Of a stretch of 42,868 nucleotides of DNA, positions 26,807 through 35,153 are shown piece by piece. The stretch is from NCBI GenBank assembly GCA_050116035.1, contig JASFPJ010000001.1, forward strand, positions 1 to 42,868, given 5' to 3'. The notes below the pieces were generated by a model, which did not search any database, was not told the DNA's origin, and saw only the letters and a list, made by a program, of their open reading frames with translations. A program made the translations under genes and the position numbers. The number at the start of each line of letters is the position of its first letter. The first letter of the stretch is position 1. The stretch is from Candidatus Aminicenantes bacterium (GTDB lineage Bacteria; Acidobacteriota; Aminicenantia; Aminicenantales; Aminicenantaceae).

Positions 26807-27430
26807 ATGCAGCCTGATTTGAATGATAAAAATATGAATGTTGAAAGCATGGCAAGGAAAGCATTGAAGGAGGAAGGAGTTCTTTCAAACTTGATAGATA
26901 ACCTGACAACCAAGAATGAAACAGTCCGGTACAATTGTTCGAAAACCTTGAATCTCTTATGCGAGGAACACCCTGAAGTTCTCTATCCGAAATGGGATTT
27001 CTTTGTCGAGCTTCTCAACTCCGATCACACGTACTGGAAGTTGAGTGTGATCCCTCTTTTAGCGAACCTGGCAAGAATCGATACCGAAAATAAGTTCGAA
27101 GGAATTTTCGAGAAGTTTTTTGGGCTTTTGAATGATAAAAGCATGATTCCGGCGGCCTGGATTGCTGATAACTCCGGCAAGATCGCAAAGGCCAAACCAG
27201 AACTGCAGACTCGAATTACAGATAAGTTATTAAGCATTGATAAAACGCACCACCCCCCAGAACGAAGAGACCTGATAAAGGCCGGTGCCATAGTATCGTT
27301 CGATGAATACTTTGAAGAAGCGAAAGATCAAAAAAAGATTTTGGAATTCGTTAAAAAACAGTTAAGCTCCAAGAGTCCCAAAACGGCCAAGAAAGCCACG
27401 GATTTTTTAAAGAAGCATGGAATTGGATAG
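26807..27430 (+). CDS. HEAT/ARM-like helical repeat protein, function unknown
   Basis: 207 aa, all-helical by composition with repeated about 35-40 aa amphipathic units. AAGGAGAGG RBS. No catalytic motif recognised. Confidence 0.5.
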   Translation: MQPDLNDKNMNVESMARKALKEEGVLSNLIDNLTTKNETVRYNCSKTLNLLCEEHPEVLYPKWDFFVELLNSDHTYWKLSVIPLLANLARIDTENKFEGIFEKFFGLLNDKSMIPAAWIADNSGKIAKAKPELQTRITDKLLSIDKTHHPPERRDLIKAGAIVSFDEYFEEAKDQKKILEFVKKQLSSKSPKTAKKATDFLKKHGIG

Positions 27431-27487
27431 GGATGATTCTGAGCTAGTGATTGACAAGAAGGTAGTGAAGTCCGGAATCAGCTCTTC

Positions 27488-27700
27488 TCATTCCTGATAT
27501 TCAAAGACATCTTCTATCTGAACTCTGAATACCTTCGCAATCCTGAACGCGAGAGCTAAAGAGGGCACATATTTTCCCTGCTCCAGGGCGACAATCGTCT
27601 GGCGAGTGCATCCGGCACGATCTGCCAGTTCCTGCTGGGTCATTTCGTTGTTTTCAAAGCGAAGCTTTCTGACCCTGTTCTGAATCTCAGCTTTCGCCAC
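27488..27700 (-). CDS. XRE-family helix-turn-helix transcriptional regulator (small, about 70 aa)
   Basis: The track ORF (27488..27856) is over-extended into the upstream gene. GTG at 27700 gives [70 protein letters not shown], a complete HTH_3 domain. It overlaps the upstream gene by 14 nt. Confidence 0.8.
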   Translation of the reverse strand: MAKAEIQNRVRKLRFENNEMTQQELADRAGCTRQTIVALEQGKYVPSLALAFRIAKVFRVQIEDVFEYQE

Positions 27701-28145
27701 GACCGACCATCCTTGAGTGGAGAAAAAGTCCCAAAGCTGAATGGGATATGTATCCCCAGAATACGCTCGTGTATCCGAGGAACCACATCCAGCCAACGGG
27801 AACACATTGGCTTTCACGATAAGTCTCATAAAGAGTGATGCATAAGAAAAACACATAAATGAGAACCAGTATCAAAGCGGCCCCACTCGACCGCCTCTGG
27901 ATGTGTTCGTCACGTTCATCCTTAACAATCTTGTCTGTTCTGCCTTTGGTCCTGGTCAAAAACATCATGATGAAATAAGATAGATAACCGGCTGCGAAGA
28001 GGATAGCCACAAACACGAATCTTGGCTTATCCTGCGCATAGGTTGCCGGTCCTCCTCTGGAAAAGAAAATCGGAATGAATGCAGCTGTGACAATTCCCCA
28101 GATGATGAGTGTGAATAACGCCTGTTTTGTCGGTTGAGTCATCAT
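27687..28145 (-). CDS. DUF2178-like four-TM membrane protein co-transcribed with the XRE regulator
   Basis: I prefer ATG at 28145, 5 nt after GGAGG, giving 152 aa; the track start at 28199 lacks an RBS. There are four hydrophobic helices with the central [11 protein letters not shown] motif seen in DUF2178 proteins that pair with small HTH genes. Confidence 0.55.
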   Translation of the reverse strand: MMTQPTKQALFTLIIWGIVTAAFIPIFFSRGGPATYAQDKPRFVFVAILFAAGYLSYFIMMFLTRTKGRTDKIVKDERDEHIQRRSSGAALILVLIYVFFLCITLYETYRESQCVPVGWMWFLGYTSVFWGYISHSALGLFLHSRMVGRGES

Positions 28146-28171
28146 GTCTGCCTCCATAATGACAATATAAT

Positions 28172-28207
28172 CATACATAATGTATGCTAATTCATACAAA
28201 TTGTCAA
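28172..28207 (-). promoter_or_regulatory. Candidate sigma70-type promoter with overlapping palindromic operator for the DUF2178-like/XRE operon
   Basis: On the minus strand: TTGACA (28207-28202), 17 nt, TACATT (28184-28179). A perfect 7-1-7 palindrome CATACAT-A-ATGTATG at 28172-28186 overlaps the -10 element, as expected for an autoregulated HTH. Confidence 0.35.
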
Positions 28208-28291
28208 GTAATTATTACATTAAGTATTGGTTTTGGTTGAGCCACAAATGGACTTCCGTTGGACATCGAGAAATTTGATTCTTGTTATATC

Positions 28292-28320
28292 TTGACACCT
28301 TTTTTTGGCTTTGATAAAAG
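28292..28320 (+). promoter_or_regulatory. Candidate sigma70-type promoter for the second BNR gene
   Basis: TTGACA (28292-28297), 17 nt, TAAAAG (28315-28320), about 45 nt upstream of the ATG. Consensus match only. Confidence 0.25.
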
Positions 28321-28366
28321 TGAGAAACTCCCAATGCAATTAAATTCCAATTAAGAAGGAGGGACA

Positions 28367-31300
28367 ATGCGTATACCCAATCTTAAGAATTATCTATTGG
28401 TTTTTTTGTGTTTGATCTTGATTAGCCCCCTGGCTGGGCTGCCCATGGACAAAAAAAAGGCAAAACCTCAGGAAGATTTACTAGGGAAACTGTCTTTGAA
28501 TGCTTTTAGATTGAGAGCCATCGGGCCAGCCGTGACTTCCGGCCGGATATCGGACTTTGCTGTCAACCCGAAAAAGAAAAGCGAGTACTATGTGGCCACA
28601 TCATCTGGAGGCGTGTGGAAAACAACGAACGCCGGGACATCCTATCAGCCTGTTTTTGACAGACAGGATTCCTATTCCATTGGCTGTGTGACTATGGACC
28701 CGAACAACCACAATGTTGTCTGGGTCGGGACCGGAGAGAACAACAACCAGCGCAGTGTCGCTTACGGAGATGGAATCTACAAGACGGAGGACGGCGGACG
28801 AACCTGGAAGAACATGGGTCTCAAGACTTCCGAACACATCGGCATGATCGCTGTCGACCCAAGGGACTCCGATGTGGTCTATGTAGCGGCCTATGGTCCC
28901 TTGTGGAGAGCGGGCGGAGAACGCGGACTGTATAAGACCGTCGATGGAGGGAAGACCTGGAAGGCTGTTTTAACGATCAGTGAGCACACGGGAGTGAGCG
29001 AGGTTTATCTTGACCCTCGGGATCCAGATGTGATCTATGCTGTGGCGCACCAGCGGCGGCGGCATGTGTTTACCCTGGTTGATGGGGGGCCTGAATCCGC
29101 TGTTCATAAATCGGAAGACGGCGGGAAAACATGGAAGAAAATCACTCGTGGGCTTCCGGGCGGTCACCTTGGCCGGATCGGGCTGGCCCTATCTCCAGTG
29201 AACCCGGATTATCTCTACGCGATTGTCGAAGCGCAACCCGGAAAGGGCGGATTTTACCGCAGCACAAACCGCGGCGCTTCCTGGGAAAGACGCAGCAGCT
29301 ACACTTCCCGGGGCAATTATTACCAGGAATTGTTCTGTGACCCCAAGGACATCAACCGGGTTTATTCCATGGATGTCTATCTCCGGGTGACAGATGATGG
29401 CGGAAGAACCTGGAGCGCCCTCGGTGAGAGACACAAACATGTCGATAATCACGCCCTGTGGATTGATCCCAACGACACGGATTATTATCTGGTGGGATGT
29501 GACGGCGGTATCTATGAGTCTTTCGACAGAGGAAGGACCTGGAAGTATTTCCCCAATCTTTCAGTAGCCCAGTTCTATAAAGTGGCGGTCGATAATTCCG
29601 AACCGTTCTATTATGTTTACGGCGGAACCCAGGACAATTACAGTTTAGGAGGGCCTTCGCGAACAACAAGCTCTCATGGGATTGTTAACTCTGACTGGTT
29701 TGTGACTCAAGGAGGGGACGGCTTCGAGTCTCAGGTGGACTGGAAAGACCCCAACATCGTCTATGCGCAGTCGCAGTACGGCAACCTGATCCGTTTTGAC
29801 AAGAAGAGCGGGGAAAGGCTGGGCATCCGGCCTAAGGAACGAAAAGGAGAGAAGTCCTACCGCTGGAACTGGGATGCGCCCCTTCTGGTCAGTCCACATT
29901 CCCACACTAGACTTTACTTTGCCGCGAACAAGGTCTTCCGCAGTGACGACCGGGGAAATACATGGAAGGTGATCAGCGGTGATCTAACCCGCCAGATCGA
30001 CAGGAATAAGCTTGAGGTCATGGGCCGGATCTGGCCCATGGATGCGGTGGCGAAAAACGCCAGCACTTCCCAGTATGGGACCATTGTGGCTCTGGATGAA
30101 TCCCCAGTCCAAGAGGATTTGATCTATGTGGGTACGGATGATGGCCTGATCCAGGTGACCGAAAACGGAGGAGCAACCTGGCGAAAGATCGATAAGTTTC
30201 AAGGCGTTCCGGACAGAACCTATGTCAATGATATCATCGCTTCCCAGCACGAAAAAGGCACGGTGTACGCGGCGTTCAATAATCACAAAAACGGCGACTT
30301 CAAGCCCTATGTCCTGAAGAGCACAGATACCGGCAAAACCTGGGTATCCATCTCTTCCAACCTACCTGAAAGAGGTTCTGTCTACGCCTTGGAAGAAGAC
30401 CATGTCAACAGGAACCTCCTGTTTGCAGGGACTGAGTTCGGGTTGTTTGTCAGTGTGGATGGAGGAAAGAACTGGAAGCCACTTAAAAACGGGCTGCCGA
30501 CTATCGCTGTTCGCGACATCGCCATCCAGAAGAGAGAAAATGACTTGGTTCTGGCTACTTTTGGCCGGGGATTCTATATCCTGGATGATTACACACCTCT
30601 CCGTTCTCTCAATAAGGAGATTCTCAATTCTGACGCCCATATTTTCCCGATCAAGGACGCTTTGATGTACATGGAGTCCTCGCCTCTGGGTTCAGGAGGA
30701 GCCGCCGGAAAGGGTTTCCAAGGGGAGATGTATTTCAATGCAAAGAATCCTCCTCTTGGAGTGGTCTTCACCTATCATCTGAAAGAATCCATCAGGACTT
30801 TAAGAGATAAACGAATGGAGAAAGAAAAGGCCGCTTTTAAAGATGGGAAGCCGGTTTATTATCCCACCTATGAGGAGATGAAAGCGGAAGAAAAGGAGGA
30901 AACTCCCTATCTTATTTTCACCATTCTGGATGATGAGGATAATGTCGTGCGCAAACTCAGGGCTTCAGCCCAGGCTGGACTTCATCGGATTGTCTGGGAT
31001 TTGATGTATCCAGCTCTGGCTCCCACGAGTTTGCAGGAGACAAATCCCACTTCGAGCGGACGCTCGAGCACTCCGGTCCTTCCCGGGGAATACAAAGTTT
31101 TCCTTTCGAAAAATGTCAATGGAGTGGTGACGAAGCTCACCGAGCCAGTGGTTTTCAAAGCCGTGGTGTTGGGCAACACATCCTTACCAGCAAAAGACTG
31201 GGCTGAGCTTGCGGCTTTTCAGAAGAAGGTGAGAGAACTGAGTCGAGCTGTCAATGCTGCCTCGAGTGTTATGAGGGAGCTGGCGGATAAAGCCCGCCAC

Positions 31301-31669
31301 TATCGGGTGGCCTTGAAGAGTGTCACGGTTGACGATTCCCAGATTTATGCGCAGATCAAAGCCCTCGAGGCAGAAGCGAGCGAAATTCAGGTATTACTCT
31401 TCGGCGACCGCACACTGAGAAGGATTGATAAGGATGCCGAGCCTGGCTTGAGCAGCCGGATAAGCAGCATCATCTATGAACAGAGACGGTCGACTTCTGC
31501 CCCAACACAGACTCAGAGGGATGCCTACAGGATTGTGGCGGATGATTTTGGCTCGATCCTGCAGAAGCTGAAGAAATTAGTCGAGGAGAATGTCAAGGAG
31601 ATCGAGAAGAAGCTGGATGAGATCGGTGCGCCGTACACCCCGGGCCGCTTTCCGAATTGGAAAAAATAA
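28367..31669 (+). CDS. Secreted BNR/Asp-box repeat protein, paralogue of 4614..7859
   Basis: 1100 aa. It is colinear with the first copy (RAIGPAVTSGRI vs RSIGPANMSGRI; LLFAGTEFGLFVSVDGGKNW...VRDIAIQKRENDLVLATFGRGFYILDD vs LLFLGTEFGLYVSFNGGKNW...VRDLAVHPRENDLIIGTHGRSIYIIDD). It has multiple Asp-boxes (TEDGGRTW, TVDGGKTW, SEDGGKTW, STNRGASW, TDDGGRTW, SFDRGRTW, SDDRGNTW, TENGGATW, STDTGKTW). AAGGAGG RBS. Confidence 0.85.
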   Translation: MRIPNLKNYLLVFLCLILISPLAGLPMDKKKAKPQEDLLGKLSLNAFRLRAIGPAVTSGRISDFAVNPKKKSEYYVATSSGGVWKTTNAGTSYQPVFDRQDSYSIGCVTMDPNNHNVVWVGTGENNNQRSVAYGDGIYKTEDGGRTWKNMGLKTSEHIGMIAVDPRDSDVVYVAAYGPLWRAGGERGLYKTVDGGKTWKAVLTISEHTGVSEVYLDPRDPDVIYAVAHQRRRHVFTLVDGGPESAVHKSEDGGKTWKKITRGLPGGHLGRIGLALSPVNPDYLYAIVEAQPGKGGFYRSTNRGASWERRSSYTSRGNYYQELFCDPKDINRVYSMDVYLRVTDDGGRTWSALGERHKHVDNHALWIDPNDTDYYLVGCDGGIYESFDRGRTWKYFPNLSVAQFYKVAVDNSEPFYYVYGGTQDNYSLGGPSRTTSSHGIVNSDWFVTQGGDGFESQVDWKDPNIVYAQSQYGNLIRFDKKSGERLGIRPKERKGEKSYRWNWDAPLLVSPHSHTRLYFAANKVFRSDDRGNTWKVISGDLTRQIDRNKLEVMGRIWPMDAVAKNASTSQYGTIVALDESPVQEDLIYVGTDDGLIQVTENGGATWRKIDKFQGVPDRTYVNDIIASQHEKGTVYAAFNNHKNGDFKPYVLKSTDTGKTWVSISSNLPERGSVYALEEDHVNRNLLFAGTEFGLFVSVDGGKNWKPLKNGLPTIAVRDIAIQKRENDLVLATFGRGFYILDDYTPLRSLNKEILNSDAHIFPIKDALMYMESSPLGSGGAAGKGFQGEMYFNAKNPPLGVVFTYHLKESIRTLRDKRMEKEKAAFKDGKPVYYPTYEEMKAEEKEETPYLIFTILDDEDNVVRKLRASAQAGLHRIVWDLMYPALAPTSLQETNPTSSGRSSTPVLPGEYKVFLSKNVNGVVTKLTEPVVFKAVVLGNTSLPAKDWAELAAFQKKVRELSRAVNAASSVMRELADKARHYRVALKSVTVDDSQIYAQIKALEAEASEIQVLLFGDRTLRRIDKDAEPGLSSRISSIIYEQRRSTSAPTQTQRDAYRIVADDFGSILQKLKKLVEENVKEIEKKLDEIGAPYTPGRFPNWKK

Positions 31670-31847
31670 AGAAAAGGCGCATAAAAAAAGTTAGAGGAAT
31701 AAAGACTCGCTCAATAATTCGGCAGCAACTGTTAATTATTCTGCAGATAGATGTGTCATTGCGAGCACAGCGTGGCAATCTCTTAAGAATATTTAAATAG
31801 TAATATTTATTTGCACAAGGAAAATGGAAACGTTTCCTTAAATTAAA

Positions 31848-33158
31848 CTAAAACAATTCCAGGCCGGCGAAAAAAACGGGTTTGAATTCGCTTGAACCGG
31901 CCGGGGCGCCCCTCTCCTTGATGTGGCTCAAACCTCCGCCGGCGAACAGCGAAAGCGTGTTCGAAAGCCTTTTGTTCAGTGAAGCCCGCAGCATGACGAC
32001 TTGCTGGTCTGGGGTACCCATCTGGCTTCTAAAGAGTGTGGCATTATCTATGTATGTGTACCCGATATCTGTATTCAAGGAAAAACTATCCAACGGGAAA
32101 GAGAGCCCGTAGAAACCGGAATAGGCGAGGCATTCTTCAATATCATTAGTGAAGTTGATACTTCCCAGGGCCACAATAGAGTATATTCTATTAACAGAGA
32201 ATTTCACTCCACTGTTCACGCCGGTGAGATTGCTGGCCCAACTGATCCATCTCATCCGTCCATCGTATTTGGATATATTAACCAGGCCGACTGGAACTCC
32301 TTCGGTGTGTTTAGAGTAGTTGACCAACCCTATCTGGACTCCTTCCAAGTCTCCGGCCGCATTGGCCAAACCGATCTGTACACCCGCTGAGGTCGCGGCG
32401 GCATTCAGGCAACCAGCCTGAAGCCCGTTGAGACGCTCGCCAACGACGTTGAATATCCCAGCCGCCTGTAGACCTCTGAAGCTTTCACCGGAGACATTGA
32501 ACAGACCTGCGGCCTGTATTCCTTGACAACTTTCTCCAACGACATTCCATCCGCTAGCAGCCTGTATTCCTTGGTAAGTATTACCTGTGACATTCATGAG
32601 TCCAGCCGCCTGCAGGCCTTTTGATTCTTCTCCGGCGACATTCATGAACCCGGCAACCTGTAGGCCTATTGATTCTTCTCCGGCGACATTCATGAACCCG
32701 GCTGTCTGGATACCCCGGAAAGAGTTCCCCGTGACATTCATGAAGCTCGATATCTGCATCCCTTCCCCTCGTTCTCCACAGACATTAAATAATCCCGATA
32801 CTTGCACTCCAGATAATTCTTCACCCGCAACGGCAAAGAGGCCAGCGATTTGGCCTCCGGTGAGGTCTGATCCGCAGATTCCGGCCAATCCAGCCACCTG
32901 GATCCCTCTAATATCATCCTCCACAACGGATACGCCCCCAGCCAGGTCAAATCCGTGAACCTGACCCACGCGGCCGTATAATAAGGAAAGATTGATGTTG
33001 GTCGAGTCGTATTTAGACTGGTTGATGGAAACAGGATAAAAAATGGAGAGATTAAAAAAGAGGTGCCGACTTCGTGGCTCAGATTGAAGGTCTGGGACGA
33101 GCACAGAAAGAAATAAACCAACAGTTAAAATCAGTACAGCAGCCCTTCGAATTATCAT
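31848..33158 (-). CDS. Signal-peptide protein with about 15 tandem 16/14-residue Gly-Gln-rich repeats and a C-terminal beta-barrel-like domain; uncharacterised
   Basis: The track start is TTG 33179. I prefer ATG 33158, 6 nt after AAAGGAG. The repeats follow G[ILVM]Q[VIAT][AS]G.xNVxGExxx, for example GIQTAGFMNVAGEESI, GLQVAGFMNVAGEESK and GLQAAGLMNVTGNTYQ. They degenerate to 14-mers such as GVQIGLVNYSKHTE. The C-terminal about 140 aa has alternating hydrophobic pattern and ends FFAGLELF. Confidence 0.75.
   Translation of the reverse strand: MIIRRAAVLILTVGLFLSVLVPDLQSEPRSRHLFFNLSIFYPVSINQSKYDSTNINLSLLYGRVGQVHGFDLAGGVSVVEDDIRGIQVAGLAGICGSDLTGGQIAGLFAVAGEELSGVQVSGLFNVCGERGEGMQISSFMNVTGNSFRGIQTAGFMNVAGEESIGLQVAGFMNVAGEESKGLQAAGLMNVTGNTYQGIQAASGWNVVGESCQGIQAAGLFNVSGESFRGLQAAGIFNVVGERLNGLQAGCLNAAATSAGVQIGLANAAGDLEGVQIGLVNYSKHTEGVPVGLVNISKYDGRMRWISWASNLTGVNSGVKFSVNRIYSIVALGSINFTNDIEECLAYSGFYGLSFPLDSFSLNTDIGYTYIDNATLFRSQMGTPDQQVVMLRASLNKRLSNTLSLFAGGGLSHIKERGAPAGSSEFKPVFFAGLELF
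32268..32966 (-). repeat. Intragenic tandem repeat array with 48-nt (16-codon) period, grading to 42 nt
   Basis: Protein-level periodicity runs across residues about 72-304 of the track ORF. At DNA level, an identical 34-nt segment occurs at 32621-32654 and 32669-32702, exactly 48 nt apart. Confidence 0.85.
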
Positions 33159-33289
33159 AAAATTCTCCTTTCTTAGCAATATCTTTCAGCAACAAAACGC
33201 GAGACTGAAGCAGAAAACAACACTTTTACCTATTATAACGAAAAATTATACGTAAAAGTTCATGGCTTTGTATCCCCAGTCGTCAGAAT

Positions 33290-33318
33290 TGACCGTTCAC
33301 CTTCCCTGTGGTATAAAC
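33290..33318 (+). promoter_or_regulatory. Candidate sigma70-type promoter for the SDR/SRD5A pair
   Basis: TTGACC (33290-33295), 17 nt, TATAAA (33313-33318). The predicted start is about 10 nt from the ATG at 33335, which has no Shine-Dalgarno, so the transcript would have a very short leader. Confidence 0.35.
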
Positions 33319-33334
33319 AACCTCAATTCGCCCA

Positions 33335-34315
33335 ATGAAAATTGCGGTCACCGGAGCCAGTGGTCACATCGGCGTCAATCTCTGCCAGGAATTGATCCAG
33401 CACGGTCATTCGGTCAAAGCCCTTATCCACAGAAACGATCATGGAATCAAGGAGCTCCCTTTGGAATGTGTCCCAGGAGACTTGATGGACGCCTCTTCGC
33501 TTTCACAGCTTGTCAGGGGAGTTGAGATCGTTTTTCATTTAGCTGCGGTAATATCCATCCAGGTCAGAAATAAAAAAGAACTTTTCGAAAAAAACGTCAG
33601 GGGGACTGAGAACATTCTCAATGCTACCCAGAAAGAAGGAGTGCGGAGATTAATCCACTTCAGTTCGATCCATGCTCTTATCCACGAGCCCTTTGACAGG
33701 ATGCTGGATGAAGGGCGGCCCCTGGCTCTCAAAGACAGGATCGATTACTGCCGGTCAAAAGCTCTCTCTGAACTGGTCGTGCAGGAAGCTGTGAGGGAAG
33801 GCCTGGATGCGGTGATACTCAATCCCACAGCTGTGATCGGGCCTTTTGATTACGCTCCTTCTTTGCTGGGAAGAGCCCTGATCCTGATCTATCGAGGGAA
33901 GATTCCGGCATTGATCAGCGGAGGCTATGACTGGGTCGATGTCCGGGATGTCGCAAAGGCAGCGGTCCTGTCTGTCGAGAAAGGTGAAAAGGGAAAGCGC
34001 TACATCCTTTCTGGCCATTGGAAAACTCTGGCTGAGCTGGCTGAGCTGGCGTACGAGATCAGCGGCAAGCGCTACAAAAAGCTGACCTGTTCTCCTGGAT
34101 TGGCCAGGGTCGGGCTGCCTTTCCTGAAGTTGTACTGTCAGTTGAACAGCACCCCGCCCTTGTATACAAAAGACTCGCTGAAGATCCTGCAAACAGGCCA
34201 CAGCGGTGTATCCTGTGAAAAAGCCAGAAAGAGACTCGGGTTCAACCCGAGGCCGATAGAGGAAACCCTCAAGGATACGTTCGACTGGTTCAGAGCGAAC
34301 GGCTTCATGGATTGA
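33335..34315 (+). CDS. Extended short-chain dehydrogenase/reductase (NAD-dependent epimerase/dehydratase, 3-beta-HSD or dihydroflavonol-reductase-like)
   Basis: 326 aa. MKIAVTGASGHIGVNLCQEL (TGxxGxxG), catalytic YCRSK (YxxxK), and an extended-SDR C-terminal substrate domain. Confidence 0.82.
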   Translation: MKIAVTGASGHIGVNLCQELIQHGHSVKALIHRNDHGIKELPLECVPGDLMDASSLSQLVRGVEIVFHLAAVISIQVRNKKELFEKNVRGTENILNATQKEGVRRLIHFSSIHALIHEPFDRMLDEGRPLALKDRIDYCRSKALSELVVQEAVREGLDAVILNPTAVIGPFDYAPSLLGRALILIYRGKIPALISGGYDWVDVRDVAKAAVLSVEKGEKGKRYILSGHWKTLAELAELAYEISGKRYKKLTCSPGLARVGLPFLKLYCQLNSTPPLYTKDSLKILQTGHSGVSCEKARKRLGFNPRPIEETLKDTFDWFRANGFMD

Positions 34316-34321
34316 TTCGAC

Positions 34322-35083
34322 ATGCCGGAAACTACATTCACCATTTTAATCTATGTCTGGATGGCTTTCGGTCTCCTGCTTTTCCCTGTACTCCTGAAAA
34401 TCCCTGCACCCTATGGCCGTCATTCCAGGTCAGGATGGGGTATCACCATCCCCAATCATCTGGGATGGCTCGTCATGGAGCTGCCAGCTCTGGTTGTGTT
34501 CGCTTATTTCTTCCTGGCAGGCCCTGTTATACAAAATGCAGTGACCTGGTTTTTCTTCAGTGTATGGGTGGTGCACTACACGAACAGGACTCTGATCTTC
34601 CCCTTTCGGATCAAGGCGCAGGAAAAGAGAATTCCCTTATCCATAGCCATAATGGGTTTCGGCTTCAATATCGTCAACGGATTTTTCAACGGATACTATT
34701 TCGGGTCTTTGGCTCCGCACTATCCTCAAAGTTGGCTCTTGGATCTACGTTTTCTTTTAGGGATGTTACTCTTTTTGACTGGCTTGGGAATCAACTGGTG
34801 GTCGGACAGCATACTCCTCGGTTTAAGAAACTCGGGGCAAAAGTACTATTCAATTCCACAGGGAGGATTATTCCGCACAATTTCCTGTCCGAATTACTTG
34901 GGAGAAATCGTGGAATGGAGTGGTTTTGCTCTGATGGTCTGGTCTCTTCCGGCCCTCTCCTTCTTTATCTGGACTGTGGTCAACCTTGTGCCCAGAGCTC
35001 TGGACCATCATCGCTGGTATAAAAAGCAGTTCAAAGATTATCCCCCTGAGCGCAGAGCCTTGATTCCTTTTTTAGGGAGCTGA
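34322..35083 (+). CDS. 3-oxo-5-alpha-steroid 4-dehydrogenase (steroid 5-alpha-reductase, SRD5A/DET2) family membrane reductase
   Basis: 253 aa, about 6-7 TM helices. C-terminal ...GGLFRTISCPNYLGEIVEWSGFAL...RALDHHRWYKKQFKDYPPERRALIPFL is the conserved SRD5A NADPH-binding region. It starts 6 nt after the SDR stop. Confidence 0.85.
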   Translation: MPETTFTILIYVWMAFGLLLFPVLLKIPAPYGRHSRSGWGITIPNHLGWLVMELPALVVFAYFFLAGPVIQNAVTWFFFSVWVVHYTNRTLIFPFRIKAQEKRIPLSIAIMGFGFNIVNGFFNGYYFGSLAPHYPQSWLLDLRFLLGMLLFLTGLGINWWSDSILLGLRNSGQKYYSIPQGGLFRTISCPNYLGEIVEWSGFALMVWSLPALSFFIWTVVNLVPRALDHHRWYKKQFKDYPPERRALIPFLGS

Positions 35084-35153
35084 TGTCCCAATTCTGATAT
35101 ACTCTATTTTATTGGAGAATCCCAAAAATGAATAGTAGCCAGAGGAGTAATGA

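Noticed and set aside
27701-27856. N-terminal extension of the HTH ORF (the track gives 122 aa from 27856).
   Set aside because: The extension overlaps the C-terminal TM region of the upstream membrane gene in another frame. A complete 70-aa HTH_3 domain starts at GTG 27700, so the long form is an artefact of longest-ORF calling.
34312-35022. 236-aa same-strand alternative-frame ORF overlapping the SRD5A gene.
   Set aside because: The +1-shifted frame 34322..35083 carries the conserved steroid-5-alpha-reductase C-terminal motifs. The alternative frame is compositionally odd (Gly/Ser/Pro/Leu-rich) and has no domain.
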